DNA of 64,000 nucleotides from Clostridia bacterium (GTDB lineage Bacteria; Bacillota; Clostridia; Christensenellales; UBA1242): NCBI GenBank assembly GCA_045637805.1, contig JAZUAE010000018.1, positions 9,703 to 73,702 of the forward strand, read 5' to 3'. Shown piece by piece: positions 45,202 to 53,456 of this stretch (position 1 is its first letter; each line of letters starts with the position of its first letter). The notes under the pieces were generated by a model. It saw only the letters and a program-made list of their open reading frames with translations, ran no database searches and was not told where the DNA came from. The position numbers and the translations under genes were made by a program.

Positions 45202-46838
45202 GCATCCCTCCTAGTTCGTAAGTATCTGCACATTAAGCATCCACCAGGTATGTATTTTGATGATACACACATTTGGCAGTGTCTGCATTTATTTTCATCT
45301 ATTGAATAACCATTTTTATCTATTGTTATGGCATTGAACGAGCAAACCCCTTCGCACTTCAAACATTGTTTGCAAGCATTGTGCTTTATAATTTGATGTG
45401 AAATGTTTCTATGCAATATGTTATGGTTTTTTACATTAAGTGTAACTATTTTTACTTTGTAGGTATTGAGTGGTTGTATTGATATTATTGGAACTCCACT
45501 TTTACTATCTAAAACAATTTTTTCATTGATCTCACTATTGCCATCTATCACTTGCCCAAAAGGTACAAATAACTTAAAGAAATTTTCTCCAAGTGGTTTT
45601 GTAAGTTCATAAATTTTACCATTTTCCTGTACTGTGCAGTTTTGGTTTACTAGCTTTACTGTTTTTGCTTCTGCTAGACCTTGACCACCCTGTCTTGACT
45701 TCCAAGCACCTGCTTTTATATAGTTTTCTGGCTCATCCTTTTCTATCTTCTTTGCAAAATCAACCAAGAACTTATACCATTTTTCATATTTCTTGCTCAT
45801 ATAAATTTTTGCAAGTAGTTCTGAAATATCCGAAGCATTTGGGCAACACCAACAACCAACCCTTGAATAGCCTAGTTTGTAGGCATCATTGAAATCTATT
45901 TTATTCGCTAGAATATAAAGCCAAATTTCAAATTCGTTCCAATAAAATATCGGAGAACAAACTCTTTGATTTGATATTTTTTTGTTTTCAGCCTTATCTT
46001 CTGTTCTATTATATTTACTTCTAGTTACTGACTCATTTTTGCGTATTCCATAAAATGTTAAGATATGTTTATTTCCAAAGACCTTATTCATTGTTCTATT
46101 AACAGCACCTGTCTTAAAGGTATAACAACACCATCTTGACATTCTTGATGGAGGTCCTATTTTCTCTGCCATTTTATAAAAGTCATTATCGTTGTTTCTT
46201 GCTGTTATGATTTCTATCTCTTTGTTCTTTTTTAACCTTTCAATATACTCGTAAGTTAGGTCATGTTCCAATGTTGTATCGCCAAAAATGTGTTTAATTC
46301 TCTTACCTTTTAATGCTTGAACAACAAGGTCTGCTGTTACTGTGCTATCTTTCCCACCTGAAAATGATATCATTACATCTCTTTCACTAAAATTATGAGC
46401 TTCTTTTCTAATGTAAGTATGAGCTTCTTTTGTTATTTCAGCCAAGTGTTCTGAGTTTGCTTTTATAAACAATTCCATTGACTGATTAAAAACTTTGAAA
46501 TCATATTTTTCACTTTTAAGTTTCTTTTTCAGCATGTTAGAGTCTGCATCAACTATCACTTTGTTCGGCAATTTTAAAGCTTCGCCATTTACATAATAGG
46601 CAATTTTTCCTTTCCAAACTGGTGCATTAATAAATTGACCCTCTTTACCTATAAGTATTTCAATTAATGCTCGTTCAGCAGGAAACACTGGTCTTATATC
46701 CGTCGTAAGTTTCTTTAACCTTTTATTGCAGATTGGGCAAATCTTATCTTGCTTATCGATTCGAATAACTGGCACTTCACAATGTTTGCACCAATAAATA
46801 AAAGTTTTTTCTTCTGTATTAGTTTCTATATTCCACAT
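45198..46838 (-). CDS. PP-loop ATP pyrophosphatase (PAPS-reductase/DndC/TtcA-like core) with N-terminal zinc ribbon and C-terminal 2x[4Fe-4S] ferredoxin domain
   Basis: SFSGGKDS PP-loop. N-terminal CKHC...CPIC. C-terminal CKQCLKCEGVC and CRHCQMCVSSKYIPGGC. Start moved to ATG 46838 (GGAGG SD). Confidence 0.8.
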   Translation of the reverse strand: MWNIETNTEEKTFIYWCKHCEVPVIRIDKQDKICPICNKRLKKLTTDIRPVFPAERALIEILIGKEGQFINAPVWKGKIAYYVNGEALKLPNKVIVDADSNMLKKKLKSEKYDFKVFNQSMELFIKANSEHLAEITKEAHTYIRKEAHNFSERDVMISFSGGKDSTVTADLVVQALKGKRIKHIFGDTTLEHDLTYEYIERLKKNKEIEIITARNNDNDFYKMAEKIGPPSRMSRWCCYTFKTGAVNRTMNKVFGNKHILTFYGIRKNESVTRSKYNRTEDKAENKKISNQRVCSPIFYWNEFEIWLYILANKIDFNDAYKLGYSRVGCWCCPNASDISELLAKIYMSKKYEKWYKFLVDFAKKIEKDEPENYIKAGAWKSRQGGQGLAEAKTVKLVNQNCTVQENGKIYELTKPLGENFFKLFVPFGQVIDGNSEINEKIVLDSKSGVPIISIQPLNTYKVKIVTLNVKNHNILHRNISHQIIKHNACKQCLKCEGVCSFNAITIDKNGYSIDENKCRHCQMCVSSKYIPGGCLMCRYLRTRRDA

Positions 46839-46852
46839 AAAACCTCCGCAAC

Positions 46853-46883
46853 AAAAAAGCACCAAAACAAACTTGTTTTTGGT
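46853..46883 (-). terminator. hairpin plus U-run between the helicase and PP-loop genes (partial terminator/attenuator?)
   Basis: ACCAAAA..TTTTGGT stem followed by GCTTTTTTG, immediately before the GGAGG SD. Confidence 0.4.
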
Positions 46884-46908
46884 ACTTTTTAAAGTCCTTT
46901 TTATTTAA

Positions 46909-48891
46909 TTATAACACCTTAGATTCCAAAACCCATCGAATGTATGACACATAATTCGGATTTTCTTTTATAAAATACTTGATTTTATCTTCATCATACT
47001 TATTGGACAGAATTAATTTTTCTCTCGCTCTTGTGCAAGCAACATATAGAAGTCTGAGTTCTTCTTCTAAATTATTAATTATTTGTCTATATCTAATAGT
47101 TTCAAAATACTTATCTTCTTTTATTGTATAATTACTTAAAACCATTGCATTTTTATTAAAACAAATCATATTAACCTGTTCATCAAATTCATATAATTGA
47201 TTACTTGCCCTATATAAATTTCGATCAGCATTATGTAATATTACAATATCTGAAGATAAACCTTTGAAAGTATGAATAGTGCTTACAATAATTGGTGCTT
47301 TTGTTACAATCTCAGGTTCTTGCTCCATTTGTTGGGTTTCTATCATCGTATTTAAATAATCAACTATTTGAATATTTGACAAACCTTGACTAGAAAGATC
47401 TCTAAATATATCCCTGGTTCTATTAATGTTCGCAATATACTGCTCTTTACCTAAGCTAGTGTAAAAATCTGTTATTCTTGACATTTCAATCAACCTATTA
47501 AGTACATAGTTTATTGATTCTTTCTTGATTTCAAATTTTAAACCATCCAAAATTTCTTTTAAATAAGAGTCATTGAAATACTTAATGCTTGATAAGTAGT
47601 AATCTGTATAGAATAACTCACGAAATTCAATTTCACTATTTGTGATTAGGTATTTTAAAACCTTATAAAGGTCTATGATTGCTCTCGATTTGTAAAGTGA
47701 TTTTGATGAATATATCTCAGCATCAAGACCCCTTATTTTTAATTCTGTTACAACCTGATTAACCTCTTTATTTGTCCTACATAAAACAGTAATTTTATTA
47801 TAACATGGCATTTTCTGACATTCAAGATTTTGTGTCACCATTTTTATAATTTCTGCAATACTTTTGTTATAACATATCTCAAAAACACCTTTATTTTTAG
47901 CCTTCTTACCATTACTCTTCAATGGTATGTTTTCGAAATTTAATTTGTTTTTTTGATATCTAAACTTTGAATTAAATATTTTATTAAAAATAGCAATCAA
48001 TTCATCATTCGATCTAAAATTTACATCGGCAATTGTTTTTTCTGCTTTATGATTTTTCATTTTTTCTATCAATTGTCTAAAGGCTTGTTTGTCACTACCT
48101 CTAAATGCATAAATTGATTGTTTTTCATCTCCTACAATAATCAAAGACATATAATTCATTAACGTTTCAAACAATCTCATTTGATCTTTATTTATATCCT
48201 GACATTCATCAACAAATAAGTATTTTATTTCTTCAGCAATTTGTGATGCAATATTTTTATTTTGTACTAGTTGAGCTGCATAATAAAGTAAATCATTGTT
48301 TGTCAAAACATTTTTTTCTCTTTTTGCCTTTTCCATTTCATTATCTAACTGTGCATATAAATCATAGAAATACTGCCTAAAATCATCCCAGAAGTCTTTC
48401 TGATCTTTTTGATTAAGAATAAACCTAATACCCTTATCTTTTGTTTCTTTATAAAAACCTCTCAACACATCTTTTATTATATATGTTGGAATTTTGCTAC
48501 AGATTTCTGAGTTGTAGTTTTTTTCAACGATTTTATCAATAATAGCATTCAATTCATACCCAAATGAATTGATTCTATAATTTGGACTTATCCCTATTGT
48601 CAACCCATGTTCCCTTATAATATCGTCACAAAATGCATGAATTGTTGATATTTTAGTCATATTTAGTTTGTCTAATTGATCTCTTATAGGTAATCCTTCT
48701 TCCCACTGCTCATATAACTTTTGTCTAAGCCTATCTCTCATTTCTTTTGTTGCCTTGTTCGTAAATGTTATTAGAGCAATTTCTGAAATATCAATTTTCT
48801 CTTTAATAATTAGCTGTTCTATCTTTCTTATTATTGATTCCGTCTTTCCGGTTCCAGCACTTGCTATTATATAATTCATTCTTTTAGTCAT
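46909..48891 (-). CDS. UvrD/PcrA/AddA-like SF1 helicase, short form without nuclease domain
   Basis: ASAGTGKT (I), FTNKATKEM (Ia), LFVDECQD (II), VGDEKQSIYAFRGS (III), NFRSN (IV), TIHTFKGL (V), LYVACTRAREKL (VI). 660 aa. Confidence 0.85.
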   Translation of the reverse strand: MTKRMNYIIASAGTGKTESIIRKIEQLIIKEKIDISEIALITFTNKATKEMRDRLRQKLYEQWEEGLPIRDQLDKLNMTKISTIHAFCDDIIREHGLTIGISPNYRINSFGYELNAIIDKIVEKNYNSEICSKIPTYIIKDVLRGFYKETKDKGIRFILNQKDQKDFWDDFRQYFYDLYAQLDNEMEKAKREKNVLTNNDLLYYAAQLVQNKNIASQIAEEIKYLFVDECQDINKDQMRLFETLMNYMSLIIVGDEKQSIYAFRGSDKQAFRQLIEKMKNHKAEKTIADVNFRSNDELIAIFNKIFNSKFRYQKNKLNFENIPLKSNGKKAKNKGVFEICYNKSIAEIIKMVTQNLECQKMPCYNKITVLCRTNKEVNQVVTELKIRGLDAEIYSSKSLYKSRAIIDLYKVLKYLITNSEIEFRELFYTDYYLSSIKYFNDSYLKEILDGLKFEIKKESINYVLNRLIEMSRITDFYTSLGKEQYIANINRTRDIFRDLSSQGLSNIQIVDYLNTMIETQQMEQEPEIVTKAPIIVSTIHTFKGLSSDIVILHNADRNLYRASNQLYEFDEQVNMICFNKNAMVLSNYTIKEDKYFETIRYRQIINNLEEELRLLYVACTRAREKLILSNKYDEDKIKYFIKENPNYVSYIRWVLESKVL

Positions 48892-51769
48892 CTATTAATA
48901 CCCCCTTGCAAGTACTTTTTAATTTACAAAATCTACAATAACCAGACACACGCTCTCCCATGTTGCTATACTCTAAAGGTGTGTCTTGAATTATTCTTTT
49001 TGTCCTAACTATTCCATCCTCAAAAAATCTCTTATTGTTCAATTGGGTATTAACTTTAAAACTTGCAAAATTGACGAGATCTAATTTGTCATCAAACTTT
49101 GACCCTTTTTCTATCTGTTCTATAATCTCAGCAAAATGCTCCAATTTATATTTCTTGCCACTAGAACTTGAAACAAGGTAGTCTAAGTTTCTGCTTATAT
49201 CAAACTCTGTTTCTACTCCCTTTATTGTATTTATCATTAATAAAGTATGTCTTGTTTTTACAATAAAAGAATCTTTAATGATCTTTTCTTTCCCTAGCGC
49301 AAATTTACATTTTTTTGCTGCAAATTTTCCAGATTTAAAATGTGTTTCAATAAAATCTAATACGGCTTTCTTGCTTGTTATTCGTATATCTCTTCTTTCA
49401 TTTTCAGAAAAGAAATCAAAATATTTCATTATTTGCATATAAGAATTATCAAATAAATAATCTACATGCGCTTCAAACTCTTCACTTGCCAATATAAACT
49501 CTTTTTCGCTTTGTGCCAGATTTGAGAAAAACCTGTTAATTATTAAAGCCTTTGCGTAAAAATTTAGTAAGAAAACATCTTTGTAGCAAATAGTATTTCT
49601 TTGGGCAACCATATAATAAAATTGTTTTGGGCAAATATATCTCGAAAGTAGTTCATTTATATTGACTTCTTTTATTTTCTGTTTTTTAAATATTAATTCT
49701 CTTTTTTCAATAAACCCTTCTCTTTTTTGTTTTTCTCTTTCAATAAATTTGATTGGGGTATTAGTTGCTTTTGAGATATCTTTTGCATAAACTGAAATAC
49801 TCAAGTCACTTTCATTTTCCTTACATGTATGCGTAAAGACAATTTTTTTATTGACAAATGCGAACACATTTTTAAAAATATGCCTTGACATTTTTAAGTG
49901 ATAATTAATATCTAAATTCTTTTGAATCCCAACTCCTAATTCATTGAGTATTTTTACTATATTATTTGTAAAAGGAAATTCCCTTTTTAGTATTCTAGGA
50001 TACTTATTTTCTTCAAACATTGGAAAGAATACATAATCAAATTTAGTATAATTTTCCATATTTACAACTGCCAACTTAATAGCATTTTTTTCTTTTTCTT
50101 TTATGTTAGAATATTCTTCAATAAGTTCCTTAATGTGTTCAGCAAAATATTTATAATCAATATTTATTTTATCATTTGATTCAATGCTTTGTAATGAGGC
50201 TATGAAAAATTCAAGAGCTTCTTTTTCTTCAGTTGCACTAAACTTGACATTTTGTAATCCAAAACTTTCAATCAGTGTCTGGATTTGCTGTTTCATGTTA
50301 GCATTAATCTTTAATCTACATGTTAATGATTCTATAAATTCCAAGTATTCTTGTATATATTTTAAGGTTTTTTCACTTACCACGTATAATGGATGCATTT
50401 CAAAGTTTTTCTCTGATTTTATATCTTTCTTAAGATCTATTAAACGACTTATTTGTTCTCTCCAAGATTCAAGAGTCGTTAACTTTTCAAAATAAGCCTG
50501 TATTTTATAAAAATCTTCAATTGCATCATTATCCGCAACTTTATTCAAATACCATTGTGTATTTATTAAAGTTTTAAAACTATCGATCGTAAGATCATTT
50601 GCCACCACTTTATATACTTCAATAATAAATTTCCCTATTGGAAGTTCTGCTGTTTGAACTGTTGACCCTAAAACTTTTATTCTCCTAAATTTATCAAATA
50701 ACTCGAGTTTTTCCACATAATTCAATCGTTTATTATTTAATAAAATATTGTCATTTAGAAATTCTTGTTTGCTATAGTATATTGACTTAAGATTTGGATA
50801 TAATTTGTTATCTGGTAAAAACACACCATATTGTCCAAGAGCATCATTTAATATTTTACTCAACTCACTTTTATTTTTAGTTAACACTACCGCATAATCT
50901 TGTATTGCTTCTTCAATTTGTTTTATATCTAACTTTCTATTTTTTATATTATTAGAAATTTCTTTTGCTATAAAAATAAATTCTTCTTCCCTATTAGAGA
51001 AAGGTTCATAAAAATCAATGAGTCCTGTAGGAACAGAAACACGTTCATTTGTAAAAAGTTTTGATTCAACTTCTGAAAATATATTAGAATACCTTTTTTC
51101 TAAGTCTACAACATCCACAACATATCCCAACTTATTCAATAATGGTAATAATAAATCCTCTTTTATAAAGGCTCCTCTTTTATTTACAAAGACTAATTGT
51201 TCTGTATTTATATTATTTATTAATGCCTCTTGTAAATCATTGAAAAATACAAATCCTATAAAAACAACCGAATCATACTTGTTTACAAAATCTCTTGCTG
51301 ATTTTATTATTTGAACTTTTATAATGTCCTGATTTGCACTCTTAATTTTTATAAGAAGTTTTCTGTATATATCTATTATATTTCTTTCTACGATGCCATA
51401 GTTGTCCAACTTTAAATTAAGAATCTCTTTTTCCGTTATCCCTAAAATAATTAACTTTGAATAAAGCTCTTCTAGTTGAAATACGCAATTTTTATAGCTC
51501 AATGCAATATCCTTTGATAAATTATTTTCTATTACTTGATGTATTAAATATCTTAATTCGGTACTATTAATACACTCTTTGTAATCAATATTTTTTTGCA
51601 CAGCAGCCAAAAGATCAGCAAACGACATTATTGTCTTTGCCTCATTAAATAAATTATTTTTCTTTAAATTTTGAGTGGCAGTTATAACAAGTGTATTACT
51701 TTGTATGCCATAAAATTGAGCATAATCATCTACTGTTATAATCTTTGCTATTTTTATCTTTTGTTTCAT
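48884..51769 (-). CDS. AddB-like PD-(D/E)xK nuclease with C-terminal Cys cluster; no Walker A seen
   Basis: 961 aa. C-terminal domain has ...YICPKQFYY... and terminal CRFCKLKSTC, the AddB/Cas4-type Fe-S staple pattern. 8-nt overlap with the helicase gene. Order B-then-A as in addBA. Confidence 0.6.
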   Translation of the reverse strand: MKQKIKIAKIITVDDYAQFYGIQSNTLVITATQNLKKNNLFNEAKTIMSFADLLAAVQKNIDYKECINSTELRYLIHQVIENNLSKDIALSYKNCVFQLEELYSKLIILGITEKEILNLKLDNYGIVERNIIDIYRKLLIKIKSANQDIIKVQIIKSARDFVNKYDSVVFIGFVFFNDLQEALINNINTEQLVFVNKRGAFIKEDLLLPLLNKLGYVVDVVDLEKRYSNIFSEVESKLFTNERVSVPTGLIDFYEPFSNREEEFIFIAKEISNNIKNRKLDIKQIEEAIQDYAVVLTKNKSELSKILNDALGQYGVFLPDNKLYPNLKSIYYSKQEFLNDNILLNNKRLNYVEKLELFDKFRRIKVLGSTVQTAELPIGKFIIEVYKVVANDLTIDSFKTLINTQWYLNKVADNDAIEDFYKIQAYFEKLTTLESWREQISRLIDLKKDIKSEKNFEMHPLYVVSEKTLKYIQEYLEFIESLTCRLKINANMKQQIQTLIESFGLQNVKFSATEEKEALEFFIASLQSIESNDKINIDYKYFAEHIKELIEEYSNIKEKEKNAIKLAVVNMENYTKFDYVFFPMFEENKYPRILKREFPFTNNIVKILNELGVGIQKNLDINYHLKMSRHIFKNVFAFVNKKIVFTHTCKENESDLSISVYAKDISKATNTPIKFIEREKQKREGFIEKRELIFKKQKIKEVNINELLSRYICPKQFYYMVAQRNTICYKDVFLLNFYAKALIINRFFSNLAQSEKEFILASEEFEAHVDYLFDNSYMQIMKYFDFFSENERRDIRITSKKAVLDFIETHFKSGKFAAKKCKFALGKEKIIKDSFIVKTRHTLLMINTIKGVETEFDISRNLDYLVSSSSGKKYKLEHFAEIIEQIEKGSKFDDKLDLVNFASFKVNTQLNNKRFFEDGIVRTKRIIQDTPLEYSNMGERVSGYCRFCKLKSTCKGVLIDD

Positions 51770-51821
51770 ACATAATCATTATATCATATAAATTAAAAAC
51801 TTTGTGTTTTTTTATAAAAAA

Positions 51822-51858
51822 ATGTAAAAATAAAAGCATTCTCTTATAGAATGCTTTT
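51822..51858 (-). terminator. intrinsic terminator at the end of the ImmA gene
   Basis: AAAAGCATTCT-ATAAG-AGAATGCTTTT, then ATTTTT on the minus strand. The stop codon lies in the loop. Confidence 0.55.
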
Positions 51859-52500
51859 ATTGATATTAATGACTTGCTCTTTTGATTTATTGTATTCATC
51901 TATAAATGACTGAAATTGCTTATTTATTCGTTTGTTCTTCACGTCTTTCAAAATGATTCTTGATATGTACTTATTATATCTATATTTCGCAGCTGAATAT
52001 GTTACTCCACAAATTGATTGTAGTTCTTCAATTGTCGAAATATTACATTTTGTAAGCACATTTAATGGCATCAATATTTGAGCAGCAAATAAATTTGCTT
52101 CTATCTCTCTTGTTGGCATATCGTTACATACAAAGTGATTTAAAATAATATGACCAATTTCGTGGGCTATCGTAAATCGTTGAGCGCCAATTTTAATTGT
52201 ATCATCATATAAAATCATATATTGATTATTGTAATAAATCGTGAACCCCCAATCTGTATATATTATCTCCTCGTAAATTTGAGATATTGTTTCATTTAAT
52301 TGTGAGTATGGAATGACAACCCAATTATTTTGCCTTGCGACTGTTACAACATCAACAGGTAAAACAGAGATTTTGTTTTGAATTAAAAAGTCCTTTGCTA
52401 ATTTTTCAACTGTTTTCTTTAATTCTTCAGATAAAACTATATCGTAATTATCAATATTTATTCTTGTTCTACCTATCAATTTAATATCATTCTTAATCAT
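51844..52500 (-). CDS. ImmA/IrrE-family zinc metallopeptidase
   Basis: FTIAHEIGHIILNH HExxH in an M78/DUF955-like context. 8-nt overlap with the upstream XRE gene. Confidence 0.85.
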   Translation of the reverse strand: MIKNDIKLIGRTRINIDNYDIVLSEELKKTVEKLAKDFLIQNKISVLPVDVVTVARQNNWVVIPYSQLNETISQIYEEIIYTDWGFTIYYNNQYMILYDDTIKIGAQRFTIAHEIGHIILNHFVCNDMPTREIEANLFAAQILMPLNVLTKCNISTIEELQSICGVTYSAAKYRYNKYISRIILKDVKNKRINKQFQSFIDEYNKSKEQVININKSIL

Positions 52501-52837
52501 CTTTTTTACACATGGTTTCAGCCAAGGATGTTAACGCTTGTAATTGTTCATCATTCAATACAAATTTTTTATGAGTTCCATTTCTACCTAACATCGTTAC
52601 CACATTTTGACTATCATTGTCATATGGTTTATCTACAAACCACTCCATTGGCGTATCAAATATATTAGATAGCTTTTTAATTGTTACTATATCTGGAATT
52701 CTTTGGTCTGTTTCCCACATCGCCACCGTAGATTTTGAAAGTCCTACTATATCCGCCAATGAAGATTGAGTTATATGTTTCTCTTTTCTAAGAGCCTTTA
52801 TTCTTTGTCCAATTGTTTTATTTTTCAAATCAATCAT
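52493..52837 (-). CDS. XRE-family HTH repressor
   Basis: IGQRIKALRKEKHITQSSLADIVGLSKSTVAMWETDQRIP. Start moved to ATG 52837 (GAGAGGTG SD). Confidence 0.85.
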   Translation of the reverse strand: MIDLKNKTIGQRIKALRKEKHITQSSLADIVGLSKSTVAMWETDQRIPDIVTIKKLSNIFDTPMEWFVDKPYDNDSQNVVTMLGRNGTHKKFVLNDEQLQALTSLAETMCKKDD

Positions 52838-52901
52838 GTTTACACCTCTCAACTTAATACTATCATAAATACAACGTTAAATCTACTAATTTATTAAAAA
52901 A

Positions 52902-52970
52902 GTTCACAAATAGTGAGAAAATAATTGATTTTTACTTTTATTTTTGATAAAATGTTCACAGTTAGTGAAC
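52902..52970. promoter_or_regulatory. divergent control region: two GTTCAC-N5-GTGA(A/G)(C/A) operators and a plus-strand extended -10 promoter
   Basis: O1 is GTTCACAAATAGTGAGA at 52902-52918. O2 is the perfect palindrome GTTCACAGTTAGTGAAC at 52954-52970. TTGATT (52925-52930), 17 nt, then TGATAAAAT (52945-52953). O2 lies at the predicted transcription start. Confidence 0.55.
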
Positions 52971-52984
52971 TTTTGGAGGTGCTT

Positions 52985-53371
52985 ATGCTAAAAGAAGAAT
53001 TAAAAACCTTATTAGAAGATTACTGGTACGATAATCAATATTTAAAAGAAAAAGCTAAAGAAGTTGAATCTATGGATTTACTTATCCGCTCTGGTAAGGG
53101 GTCAGATTTTATTGTGAGCACAAAACGATATGAAGAGTCTGAAATGACTAAAATCATCGAAAAGAAAAGATATATTGAAGGTCTTTTTCAAACACTAAAT
53201 CAACCATATAGGACAATAATGTATATGAAATATGTCACTTTTCTAACATTTGATCAAATTGCCGATCGCATGAATTATTCTACAAAACGTATTTACCAAC
53301 TACATAGCGAAGGTATGTCGATCCTTTTACAATCAATAAATGCCCCATCTCAAAATATTAGCACAGATTAG
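52985..53371 (+). CDS. ArpU-family / sigma-70 region-4-like regulator
   Basis: 128 aa from ATG 52985 (GGAGG SD). C-terminal HTH YRTIMYMKYVTFLTFDQIADRMNYSTKRIYQLHSEGMSILLQ. Confidence 0.6.
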   Translation: MLKEELKTLLEDYWYDNQYLKEKAKEVESMDLLIRSGKGSDFIVSTKRYEESEMTKIIEKKRYIEGLFQTLNQPYRTIMYMKYVTFLTFDQIADRMNYSTKRIYQLHSEGMSILLQSINAPSQNISTD

Positions 53372-53416
53372 CACAAATTAGCACAAGTTAGAAGGCATTA
53401 GAAAATCTAGGCATTA
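53357..53416. repeat. tandem 10-bp repeats ATTAGCACA(G/A) x3 plus three degenerate units
   Basis: attagcacag attagcacaa attagcacaa gttagaaggc attagaaaat ctaggcatta. Spans the regulator's stop codon and the RHS upstream region. Confidence 0.7.
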
Positions 53417-53456
53417 AAATGAAATTGTAATCAATAAATAAAAGGAGATAAAAAAA

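Noticed and set aside
44068-46838. Calling the desulfurase and PP-loop pair a Dnd or Ssp phosphorothioation system
   Set aside because: No DndB/D/E, SspB/C or DndFGH/SspE-type genes are present. The PP-loop protein's extra zinc-ribbon and ferredoxin domains are not the textbook DndC/SspD layout. It is kept only as an analogy.
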